The translations under genes and the position numbers were made by a program. This document shows positions 55,077-64,000 of a stretch of DNA of 64,000 nucleotides, piece after piece (position 1 is the stretch's first letter; each line of letters starts with the position of its first letter). This stretch comes from Eledone cirrhosa (lineage: Eukaryota), in the NCBI GenBank assembly GCA_964016885.1, contig OZ024740.1, positions 342,488,001 through 342,552,000 of the forward strand, written 5' to 3'. The notes below the pieces were generated by a model, which did not search any database, was not told where the DNA came from, and was given only the letters and a program-made list of their open reading frames with translations.

Positions 55077-55370
55077 CTGACATGTATACTGTGACATGTA
55101 TTGGAAATGTGACGTGTGACATGAGATACATTGGAAATATAACCTGATGTGACATGAAGTGACATGAGATATATTGGAAATGTGACATGCTGCAACATGA
55201 GATGTATTAGAAATGTGACATGTGACATAAGATGTATTGGAAATGTGATGTGCTACTGAATAACAGTGACCTGTGACGTGAGACGTATTGTAACTAGATA
55301 ACTGTGACATGTTGTGACATTAGTTATATTGGAATTGAATAACAGCGACATGTGACATGAATTGTATTGT
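55077..55370. repeat. Degenerate intronic minisatellite built from TGTGACA(TG) and GA(T/C)GTATTGGAAA modules
   Basis: Recurrent TGTGACATGAGATGTATTGGAAA-like units with a period of about 30-35 bp. Confidence 0.8.
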
Positions 55371-55404
55371 AACTGAATAAAGAAAATCTATTGTTTATTT
55401 TTAG

Positions 55405-55629
55405 GTCAAGATGCGAATGTGCTGTATGGGGCAGCGAACAAGTTTGAATCTTATGTAGGGGAGATAACTCAGATGAACGTCTACAACCAAGTTCTGAGCA
55501 ACTCCCAGTTGAAAGAAATTGCCAATCAAGTGGCATGTAACCAAACGCTTGGTAATGTGTTAACCTGGAGTGAACTTGCAATTAATGTAAAAGGAAATGT
55601 TATGATCAGAAAGAAATCTTTGTGTCTTG
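55405..55629 (+). CDS. Internal coding exon, C-terminal part of the pentraxin domain of an SVEP1-like protein
   Basis: Acceptor TTTATTTTTAG| and donor |GTGAGA. It joins the previous exon in phase 1, giving IGQDANVLYGAANKFESYVGEITQMNVYNQVLSNSQLKEIANQVACNQTLGNVLTWSELAINVKGNVMIRKKSLCL. This resembles the LGQEQD...ESFVG.I.Q.N.W..VL...GNVL.W pattern. Confidence 0.92.
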
Positions 55630-55995
55630 GTGAGAAAGAATTAACTATCTATTCTTTATTAATTCCATGCGTCCCGAAATTTGCCAACACTACATCTGAT
55701 ATTCCCCCTCCATACACACGCACTTGTGTCTGTATGTATATCATAGCTCATATACTGTTTACTTTCCTAACATTTGTACATTATTCTATGTACTATACAT
55801 GCACCTTTGATGAGTTATAGTGCATCTGAGCACTCTACACAATAATTTTCATTATATTCATTATTAATGTTGTTATTTTTAATTAAGATTATTACAGATG
55901 TTAAAACGACGACAGCAATGATGATGATATCTAATGTGAACATAAAATGATACACTGTTGTGCTTATGAATGAGTGTTATAAAACTAATATTGTA

Positions 55996-56071
55996 CAGGT
56001 GCGGCAAAAATACCTCCCACATTTTAAGGGTTGAACGTGTAAATCATGGAAAGATTTTCTGCTGCACCCTG
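55996..56071. mobile_element. 76-bp Tc1/mariner-type MITE
   Basis: TA|CAGGTGCGGCAAAAA ... TTTTCTGCTGCACCCTG|TA, i.e. imperfect TIRs flanked by TA on both sides. Confidence 0.7.
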
Positions 56072-56194
56072 TATAATAATCAGGTTATAAAACAATATTA
56101 TACATTTGTTAAGTTATTACTAACATATCCAATGCATTGATGAATTAGTAGTTTAAGACTCGGGTATTTGTTCTAGCTCTCTCTCTCTGCACAC

Positions 56195-56285
56195 TGAATT
56201 CCAATACTGCCAAAGTCAGCTTTACTTTTATCCCTTCGAAGTTGGTAAAGTACAGCACCAGTCTAGGCTGGTCAATTGGACTAGA
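56195..56285 (+). mobile_element. Old SINE fragment
   Basis: TGAATTCCAATACTGCCAAAGTCAGCTTTACTTTTATCCCTT resembles the reverse complement of 63951-63995 within this window and a recalled octopus SINE core. Confidence 0.6.
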
Positions 56286-56528
56286 TGCTATGTAGTGTCT
56301 TTGTCATGGCTTTTTGTGCACTATGTTCAAATGCTACTGTAGCCTTACTTGAGTGGTAAATTTAACAACTCCACCTGACCCTGGAGATATGTTAGTGGAG
56401 TTTACGGTGATGAAAGGATTCAGGCCAGGTCTCTGATTTGAGAATACCTACCTCACATCTCCAAAAGTCTTGAAGACCCTGGAAAGAGCCATAGGCACTT
56501 CCCTTCCATACATCCCTGACTAAACAGT

Positions 56529-56584
56529 AAAATAATGATACTAATAACATCAACAACAGCAACAATAATAATAATAATAATAAT
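56529..56584. repeat. (AAT/AAC)n microsatellite, probable SINE tail
   Basis: Imperfect triplet run ending in pure (AAT)n. Confidence 0.85.
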
Positions 56585-56654
56585 TGTTTCTACTTTAGGC
56601 ACAAGGCCAGCAATTACCCAGTGCATTACTGGTACTTTATTTTATCGACCCCGT
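56585..56654 (-). mobile_element. SINE, 3' part (interrupted by the LINE composite)
   Basis: GGCACAAGGCCAGCAATT...CCCAGTGCATTACTGGTACTTTATTTTATCGACCCCGT matches the recalled octopus SINE in antisense and continues at 63944. Confidence 0.75.
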
Positions 56655-57982
56655 CGATAAAATTAATAATAATAATAATGCTTTCTTTATTAACCACAAG
56701 GGTTTACACAAAGTAGACATTAAGGATAACACAGGATGGTACAAATGGGCATATCTGCGTGTAAAAAAACCCCAAAAACAGAGGATGTAATAAAAGAACA
56801 ATGAAAAATTCCCCAATAGGGGGGAGACCTCCAAGGGCCATCGTGGAGAAAGCCCATTAAAAAAAGCCACGGTGACCCTGACCACCAGGGCAAGTGTCCT
56901 CTCCCAGTTTTCCACCTTCAATTTACAGGCATATACTCACTCAGGCCATTCTTGCCTCTCTCACCCATCTTTCAACAAAATGCTGGGAAGAGAGCACCTC
57001 CCTCTCTACTCTGATTTTCCTTTTCAAATGAAATTAGAAAAAGTTAATCAGGGCATCACCGAAGAGGTAAGTGCTCTTCTTCAGCCCTTTCAGACGCGTC
57101 CACCATACTATCTCTTTCGCCATGGCCACCAGACAGATAAAAACTGCCTGCCCTTCCCGGCTAAAGGAAGAGGGCGAGGCAATCCTCACGATGGACTCAA
57201 CTGATAGTCGGATCCGTTCTACACGTGACAGCAGGTGTTCGACATAAACCCACAAGTCAGCAATGCTTGGACACTGGATGAGTCCATGCAGGACGGTTTC
57301 GTCGCCCGGCTGATGGTACCTCCATATATGTAGAGTTTATTCCTAACTGGCAAAGCTCCTCGGTAGCACTGCCAGGCCAGGGATTTCTGGAAGTTGTCCA
57401 TAGGCCCCGGCCCGAAAGTTCTTCCAAAGAGATTGGCTAGTTGATTTTCGTTGACGCCTAGAGTTTCCCCAAGTATGTCGTCACTCTTCCCCTCCACTAA
57501 TCCTCTATAGAACGCCAAGGTGGAGTTTCCACCGATCACATTGCCCGATTGGTCGAGGGCTGTGAGCGCCTGAAGACATTCCAGTCTCCAAGCACTCCCT
57601 CTCAGTCTTCGTTTGACCCAGGACTGCAGCTCCGTCAAGGAGACAAGCTGGGGAAAGACGCATCTAGCAAACGGCGACCACACCTGATCACCGTCGAAGA
57701 AAAGGTGGAGATGTCATAGCCTGAGCGCGTGTCTGCGCATCATCAGCCACGGCATGCCCAGCCCTCCATGTAGCGGCTGTTGACAGTAGATGGACCGCCT
57801 GACCATTGGAGCGCGTCCCTTCCACAAAAAGCGAAAGAGCAAACGCTCCAGCGCAGTCAGGCGAGGCTTAGGACAAGGCACGATGGTCAGGCGGTAGTAG
57901 ATGACGGATGCGATGTATGTGTTAGCCACCTTCGCTTGACCTTTCAGGGATAGCTTACTCTCCGCCCATTTCTGGGTGAGAG
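56655..57982 (-). mobile_element. Segment A: 5'-truncated LINE 3' end (ORF2 C-terminus 57982-56923, 3' UTR, tail)
   Basis: LTQKWAESKLSLKGQAKVANTYIASVIYYRLTIVPCP...QPLHGGLGMP...SLAWQCYRGALPVRNKL...FVERWV. Paralogous to 58400-59410. Confidence 0.9.
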
Positions 57983-58148
57983 TGGTACAAATGGGCATTT
58001 CTGCGTGTAAAAAACAAAAAAAAACAGAGAATGTAAAAAAAAGAAACAATGAAAAATTCCCCAATAGGGGGAGACTTCCGAGGGGTATTCGTGGAGAAAG
58101 CCCATTAAAAAAAAGCCACGGTGACCCTGACCACCAGGGCAAGTGCCC
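57983..58148 (-). mobile_element. Segment A': second copy of the segment-A-type 3' UTR
   Basis: Direct, diverged repeat of about 56737-56899 (TGGTACAAATGGGCAT...GGTGACCCTGACCACCAGGGCAAGTG). Confidence 0.9.
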
Positions 58149-58406
58149 TTATTGGCCATAAGGGCTGACATGAAGAAAAACATTACAGATGGCCCAGAAC
58201 GGTACAGGACGATACAAAGTGGGTTTTGGTTGTGTAAACAAGTTATAACAAGATAGAAATCGGGATAGAAATCAAAAAAATTCAAACAACAAAAATTCCC
58301 CAAAAAGTGAGGAAACCTCCGAGGGTCACTCGTGTCGAAAACCACACAAAAGACCACGGCCACTCTGACCACCAAGGCAAGCGCCCTCTCTCAGTTTTCC
58401 CACTCC

Positions 58407-61400
58407 TCAGTCTACAGGCGCTTTCACCCACCTTTCAACAAACTTACTAGAAGACAGCACTTGCCTCTCCACCCTGATTTTCCTCTTCAAGTGAAATTTG
58501 AAAAAGTTAATCAGGTATTGGCCGGAGAGGAAAGTGTCCATCTTTAATCCTTTCAACCTTCTCCACCACACAATCTCTTTCACCATGGCCACCAGGCAGA
58601 TGAAAACTACCTGCCCTTCCTCGTCTTTAAAGGAGGATGGCGGGGCTATCTGCACAATGAACTCAGTCGATAACCAGATCCGTCCTACATGCGACAGCAG
58701 CTGTTCGACATAGTCCGCAATCCTCGGGTACTGAACGAGTGCGTGCACGACGGTTTCGTCGCCCTGCACACATTTCGGACAGTGCTTATCCCAAACCGGC
58801 AACGCTCCCGGTAACACTGCCAGGCCAGGGATTTATGGAAGTTGTCCATAGGCCCGGGCTGAAAGTTCTCTTGAAGATAGCGAACAGCTGATCGTCTTCG
58901 ACGCCCAGGGTCTCCCCGAGAATGTCGTCGCTCTTTCCCTCCACTAGCCCTCTAGTGGATATTCCACCAATACTAATGCCCAGCTGGTAGAGGGTGGTGA
59001 GCACTTGGAGACATTCCAGCTTCCAAGTGCTATCCCTTGGTATTTTCCTGATCCAGGACTGCAAGCTCCATCAAGGAGACGAGCTGGGTAAAAGCGCGCC
59101 TGGCAAACGGCGACCACACCTGTTCACCGTCAAGGAAGCACCAGAGATGTCGCAGCCTCAGCGCATGTTTGCGCATCATCAGCCACGGCATGCCTAGTCC
59201 TCCACGCAACGAGTGTTGACAGCAAATGGATCATCTGACCATGGAAGCACGTCCCTTCCACAAAAAGCGGAAGAGAAGGCGCTCCATTTTGGTCAGAGTT
59301 GGGCGGGGGCAAGGTACGATGGTCAGGCGGTAGCAGATGACAGACGCGATGTACGTATTCGCCATCTCCTCCCAGCCTTTCAGAGACAGCCTCACATTTC
59401 TGGGTGAGAGGAGCCACCCTGCTCGTCACCTCACTCCAGTTTTTCTCCATCTGGAGGTCCTGACTGAACCAGACCCCGAGCAATTTAACCGGTGCTTCCG
59501 TTCAGTGCCCCACGACGCTGTCGGACGGCATGGACTTGCCTCTCCAGGTGTCGAGTTGCAAGCCCACTGAGTTGCATGCCACTTTTCCTGGTTTATCTTT
59601 GTTCCTGTCACCGCTTCGTATTCCTTTAGAGCGGTGCCGAGCATCTGGACGTGTTTGGTGCTCGACACCACCACGGTGATGTCGTCGACGTAAGTCGACA
59701 CAGCTCTCCCACATCCCAGTTCGCGTGGGACCCCCCGATCGTCAACAATTTGTGCAGTAACGGCTCAAGGGCCAATACGTACAAGAGGGACGAGAGGGCA
59801 CAACCCTGGCGGACTGAGCGCATATTGCTGAACGGCTGCGACAGGTGACCATTCACCCTCACAATCGGACAGATGTCACTGTGCATCGCAGCGATCCAGC
59901 CCCTAAAAACGGGTCCGAAGCTGGCGGCCTCGAGGACTGCAGCCAGGTACCGATGGTTGACCCTATCAAATGCTTTAGATTGATCCAAGTTGATCAGGGC
60001 CCCACCCGTGCCAGGTTCCTTAACCACCCTCTCTATGAGGTATCGCATGAGATGGAGGTTGTCGTGGATGGATCTGTCTGGAATTGTGCATGTTTGCGCC
60101 TATCCCACCAGATCACCGACGACAAGCGGCAATCACTTTGCTAACACCTTGGCCAAAATCTTAAACTCTGCGTTTAGCAGAGTTATGGGCCTGAAGTTGT
60201 CTATAACGTCCCCCTTGTTCGGGTCTTTTCTCAGCAGCACCACCGCTCCCTGGTTCACAAAACTGGGAATGCTCCCGCTCTGCTGCCAGTTGCAATAGAC
60301 ATCTGCCAAGACATCGCTGAACAAGTCTGGCATATATGTATAAAGCTCATAGGGCAGACCATCCAAACCTGGCGATTTACCTCTCATGCAGTCAGACATT
60401 GCTTCCCGTATTTCATCTGCTGTTATCGGCCTTTCGCAGCACTGCGATGCGGTCGTCGAGAGCTGCGGCAGTCCGTCGATGTATGTACAGACATCTGCTC
60501 GGGTTTGAGCAACATGCGCCCACTTTGATCAGGCAAAGATCAAATTGGGGCTTTTTTTTCCACGTCGCGCCTCAACCACCAAGGCCCATTGAACGCCTTT
60601 CGTCCCCTCGTGTCTTAGAGCACGCACTCTAGCTCTAACAATGCAGCCTTCATGCTTTGCGTTGAAGAATTGGTCGTGTGCCAAAATCGTCGCAAGCACG
60701 TCGGTTGCGATGCCTGTTTTAAACGCCTCTTCTATCTTTCTAACTAACTCTCCCTCTACTCTATTTTCCTCTATCATTACTCCTTTGCTAAACCTCATCG
60801 ATTCTACTCTAATAGCCCTTTTCAGGATAAACCACCACCTGTTGTTGACGATTGAACCCGTCAATGCATGCTTAACTAATTCGCTAATCCGGTCTCTGTA
60901 AGCTTTGCGTGCCAGGAACGATGCGTTCAGCTTCCAGTAACCGGGCCCTTGCCTATGGAGTCTATCTAAGTCAACTTTACAGGTCACAAATTTGTGGTCC
61001 GTGTAGTCGACTACTTTAAATTGTGGACAACCTACACTAGCCTTATCTGTTTACCTACAGAATACCCTATCTAAATACGATCTGGATGACCCGTTGCGGT
61101 TTGCCCATGTCCACATTGGCACATTCGGATAATCCAGTCTATACCTGTCAGACAGTTCAAAACGTCTGAGCAGGTTGTTGAGGCTTTTACACCCTCCTGC
61201 CCTGTCTACTAGCCCCACATAATCCCAGCGTGCATCTGAGATATCGTTCCAGTTGCCCACTAACACTAAAGGGCGGGACGTTCCAAGAAAGGTCTCTAGA
61301 CGTCAGAAGAAATCTGGCCGTCCTGCTCCTGTTGGGGCATAGACGGCTACTAGCCTGAAAGCATTGCCTTCGCTGCCGGTCACGTCCAGCACCACCGACT

Positions 61401-61762
61401 TATCTTCTGGGTCCAGGAAGATGGCCTGTATGGCGACCCCTACCTCCAATCCTGTACGGCTGGGTGATGCGTATACATCGTAGCCGCCGAAGATCGGTGT
61501 GAAGGCTTGTGCTTCAGAGATTCTGGTCTCGCTGATGGCCACCACATCTATGTTTAGTGACCTGAGGTCGGTGAGCAGGTGACCCTGCTTCCAAGAAGAC
61601 AACAATAAAGACAAATGAGAGGGTAAATCTCATACCCCTCCCCGACCTCTCACAGTCGGACATGGAGTATGAGGCGGCTGAGGAGTGGAAAACGTTCCTC
61701 AGTAGCCAGTATAAATGTATGTGGCCACGTACATTTATACAGCCTATTCTAAGTACGGCCAT
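58407..61762 (-). pseudogene. Segment B ORF2: AP endonuclease, reverse transcriptase and C-terminal zinc finger, disrupted
   Basis: MAVLRIGCINVRG, VAISETRI, VAVYAP, LVGNWN, SYLDRVF, GPGYWKLN, KSPGLDGLP, NFRPITLLNAEFKILAK, LDQSKAFDRV, VRQGC.LS.LLY, YVDDITV and CPKC...ETVVHALVQ, with many frameshifts and stops. Confidence 0.95.
61600..61693 (+). repeat. Inverted ~94-bp copy of ORF1 sequence (about 62319-62412) inserted at the start of ORF2
   Basis: The reverse complement matches GTTTTCCACTCCTCAGCCGCCTCATACTCCATGTC...CTCTCATTTGTCTTT with several substitutions. Confidence 0.92.
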
Positions 61763-61794
61763 GTTGGATGAGGAACGGGGTAAGTGAGAAAGGA

Positions 61795-63739
61795 TCACTT
61801 ACCTTGATCGTGTGGGGAAGGGACAGTAGAACATTCTCCTCGGCTGGTCATGGGTGTCGCCAAGATGATATCTTTATAGATTCTCTTGGAGAGTGACCCC
61901 TGAAATCGTTTGTAGTCTTCGAGTTCAATTTCCACAATGTTAATATTTTTTGGTAATGTTCTTGGTGTTGGTGGCGTGTGGTAATTTACATCTGAAATAT
62001 CAGTGTGCTGTTTTATATGTTCCATTAGTTCTTGGTGTGCAATGTTTATGGCTGTGTACTTTTTGTGGGGCGGGGTGGTTTTGTTGCTCTTTTCTTGTTG
62101 TTGCTGTTGGGTGTGTGCCTTGTTGTGTTTGCGATGTTGGTGTTTTTGGTGGTGCTGGTGGTGGTGTGGTTGTTGTTGGTGGTGATGCTTGTGGTGGTGA
62201 TGGTGATGGTGGTGGTGTTGCTACAAGTCTCCTTGCAGTCTTTATCCTTCTTTCTTTGCCTTCGCTTTTGGAGGGAGAAGCTACGGTGTTTTTGCATTTG
62301 TTCTTTTTGTTTACAACTGTTTTCCACTCCTCAGCCGCCTCATACTCCATGTCTGACTGTGAGAGATTGGGAAGGGATATGAGATCTACCCTCTCATTTG
62401 TCTTTGTTGTTGTTGTTGGTGGTGGAGCCTGGTCTGCCGTTCTTGGCACAGGTGCAGCTAGTGCAACTGTTTCTGTTGCTGCAGCTGCCGTCACTGTTTT
62501 TGTTGTCCATGGTTTTGGTGTGGGTGCCACGGATGTTGTCTCCCTATTCTCTGTAGAAGCTCCCGACTTTTTCGCTAACTGCTCTGTTTCTGATGGCAGT
62601 GGTTCCGGCGTTGGAAGGAGGGGGACCTTGGCCTTTGATATTTTCTGTGGGCAGAAAGCCCTGAGGTGAGACTTCGATCCACAGTTGAAGCACTTTGGGC
62701 GCCTTCCTTCAACAGATATGGGAAGTTGGGAGCTATTCCCGAGGTCTATTACGTTGGGAATAGTGCTGATGCAGTCCTGGTCTGTTTGGATGAGCATCTC
62801 CATTCCAATACCAGACCAGTCCTCTCTCCGCCACCTTCTGTACCTGCAGATTGGTTGTTCTATCCTCGATGCCGCAAGAACAGACACGACCAGCCAAGGC
62901 ATGGGTATGTAGGGTGGGACCTGGGTTACCTTGAATTTTGCAATTTTTTCCCGCAGTAAAACGGGACTAACGTTATGTCATCACTCCTTAGGGTCCTCAG
63001 TGAGTGCGATTTTGCTTCCTAGGTGGTAGCAAAAAGGACGTCCACAGTTGCATATTTCTTGCCACGGGTGATGTGGGTTTTCCTTGCCCACACACTTCCC
63101 AAAGCCTTCTGGATTTGGGCCTCTGAGGCTTTCTCCACACGACGCGATTTCATGGCAATCGTGCAGTATGACAATGTGCGTCGCTCTTGTTCCTCCAGGA
63201 AGTCGGTTGGTGGTTTCAAGGACACTGAAAATTCAGTTCTGGTTACCACGTGTCTTGCGACTGCCATCTCTTCCTCTGTGATCATGACTGTTTCTACGTT
63301 GCGAGCTACCTCTGCAAAAGTGATGGTCTCTTTTTCAGTGGCATCATTGTTACCACCGCTACTGCTGTTACTGGTCTTGTTGTTGTTGCCACTGCTACAA
63401 ACGGTGTTGTTGGTGTTGCTGCTGCTGCTGCTGCTACTGCTACCACAGGTGGTGTTGTTAATACTGCCGCTGCTGTTGCTGTTGCTGCTGCTATTGCTAC
63501 CTCCTTTGTTGTCAAATGCATCAGCAAGCAGCCGCTTCACGACCGTCGTTTGATGAAGAAGAGAAAGGAGTGGCGTTCGCCTGACTTTCACTATGTGACG
63601 ATGAAGAAGACGAAAAGGAAAGCGAGACTCCACTCTGACAGCTGGGCGAAGAAAGAGAAGGTTGAGAAGGATACCTTGCTGAATGGGTAATTTTTGTGTA
63701 GATACATGGCAGAGAAATAGATTTTTTGAATGACACCAT
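61795..63739 (-). pseudogene. Segment B ORF1: gag-like nucleic acid binding protein with one CCHC knuckle, disrupted
   Basis: CFNCGSKSHLRAFC (CX2CX4HX4C) at 62692-62651, S/N-rich and P/T-rich low-complexity tracts and an EWKTVVNKK motif. It has a stop at 63019 and frameshifts. The start codon at 63739 is tentative. Confidence 0.85.
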
Positions 63740-63943
63740 TTTTTTTTTTTTTTTTTTGGCGGTACGTATTTGCTAAACGCAAAGTTCAAATTGGAATTTA
63801 GCCCCGAAGGGCTAAATACCGATTAATTCCGACCATTTCAAAAGAAGCCGGATGTGTTTAAACTCAAAACAATATAATTTTTTACAATAAGTTCGCAATA
63901 AAAACTGTTCAAAAATCACAAACTTACGGGAACAAAATTTCCC

Positions 63944-64000
63944 ACCCCGTAAGGATGAAAGGCAAAGTTAACCTTGGAGGGATTTGAACTCTAAGTGTCA
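63944..64000 (-). mobile_element. SINE, remaining part beyond the LINE insertion (runs off the window)
   Basis: ACCCCGTAAGGATGAAAGGCAAAGTTAACCTTGGAGGGATTTGAACTC is the expected continuation of ...TTTTATCGACCCCG in the recalled octopus SINE. Confidence 0.78.

Larger units (their letters stand above)
56655..63943 (-). mobile_element. Composite Tx1/L1-clade non-LTR retrotransposon insertion (three joined segments)
   Basis: Flanked by ACCCCGT at 56648-56654 and 63944-63950. The minus-strand 3' end has AATAAA followed by an (ATT)n tail. It carries an ORF1 zinc knuckle and APE-RT-CCHC ORF2 remnants. Confidence 0.9.

Noticed and set aside
55016-55310. Minus-strand His/Val/Thr-rich ORFs
   Set aside because: Translations of the intronic minisatellite.
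55630-55820. Extension of the pentraxin ORF to 55820 (and of the first exon to 55015) in the ORF track
   Set aside because: Read-through past clear GT donors into intron. Domain similarity stops at the donors.
55898-55950. Possible terminal exon (TTACAG|ATGTTAAA..., DVKTTTAMMMISNVNIK*)
   Set aside because: Phase-compatible, but the pyrimidine tract is weak and the peptide is low-complexity with no homology. The next exon more likely lies beyond the window.
56290-56525. Unassigned segment, possibly an old TE fragment
   Set aside because: No recognisable motif, ORF or terminal structure.
61950-63690. Long plus-strand hydrophobic ORFs (poly-V/L/A)
   Set aside because: Antisense shadows of triplet-rich low-complexity tracts in LINE ORF1.

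Overview
Eukaryotic (animal) genomic DNA, probably an octopus/cephalopod judging by recalled SINE sequence (not verified). Bases 1-49123 are a very homogeneous 40-bp satellite (about 1228 monomers) with kb-scale higher-order duplications and two variant domains. A degenerate ~50-bp satellite follows (49124-51462). Next is a decayed Penelope-like retroelement (PLE) with its 5' part inverted: RT on the minus strand, then GIY-YIG, a hammerhead-like motif and the pLTR on the plus strand. Two plus-strand coding exons of a pentraxin domain (SVEP1-like) follow; they start mid-domain, so the satellite appears to lie inside one intron longer than 54 kb. The right end holds a small MITE, SINE pieces and a 7.3-kb three-part Tx1/L1-clade LINE composite inserted into a SINE with a 7-bp TSD. 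I cannot demonstrate a new biological system from sequence alone. The best leads are the intronic satellite whose monomer resembles a 3' splice site, the ribozyme-associated PLE inversion and the palindrome-marked LINE chimera.
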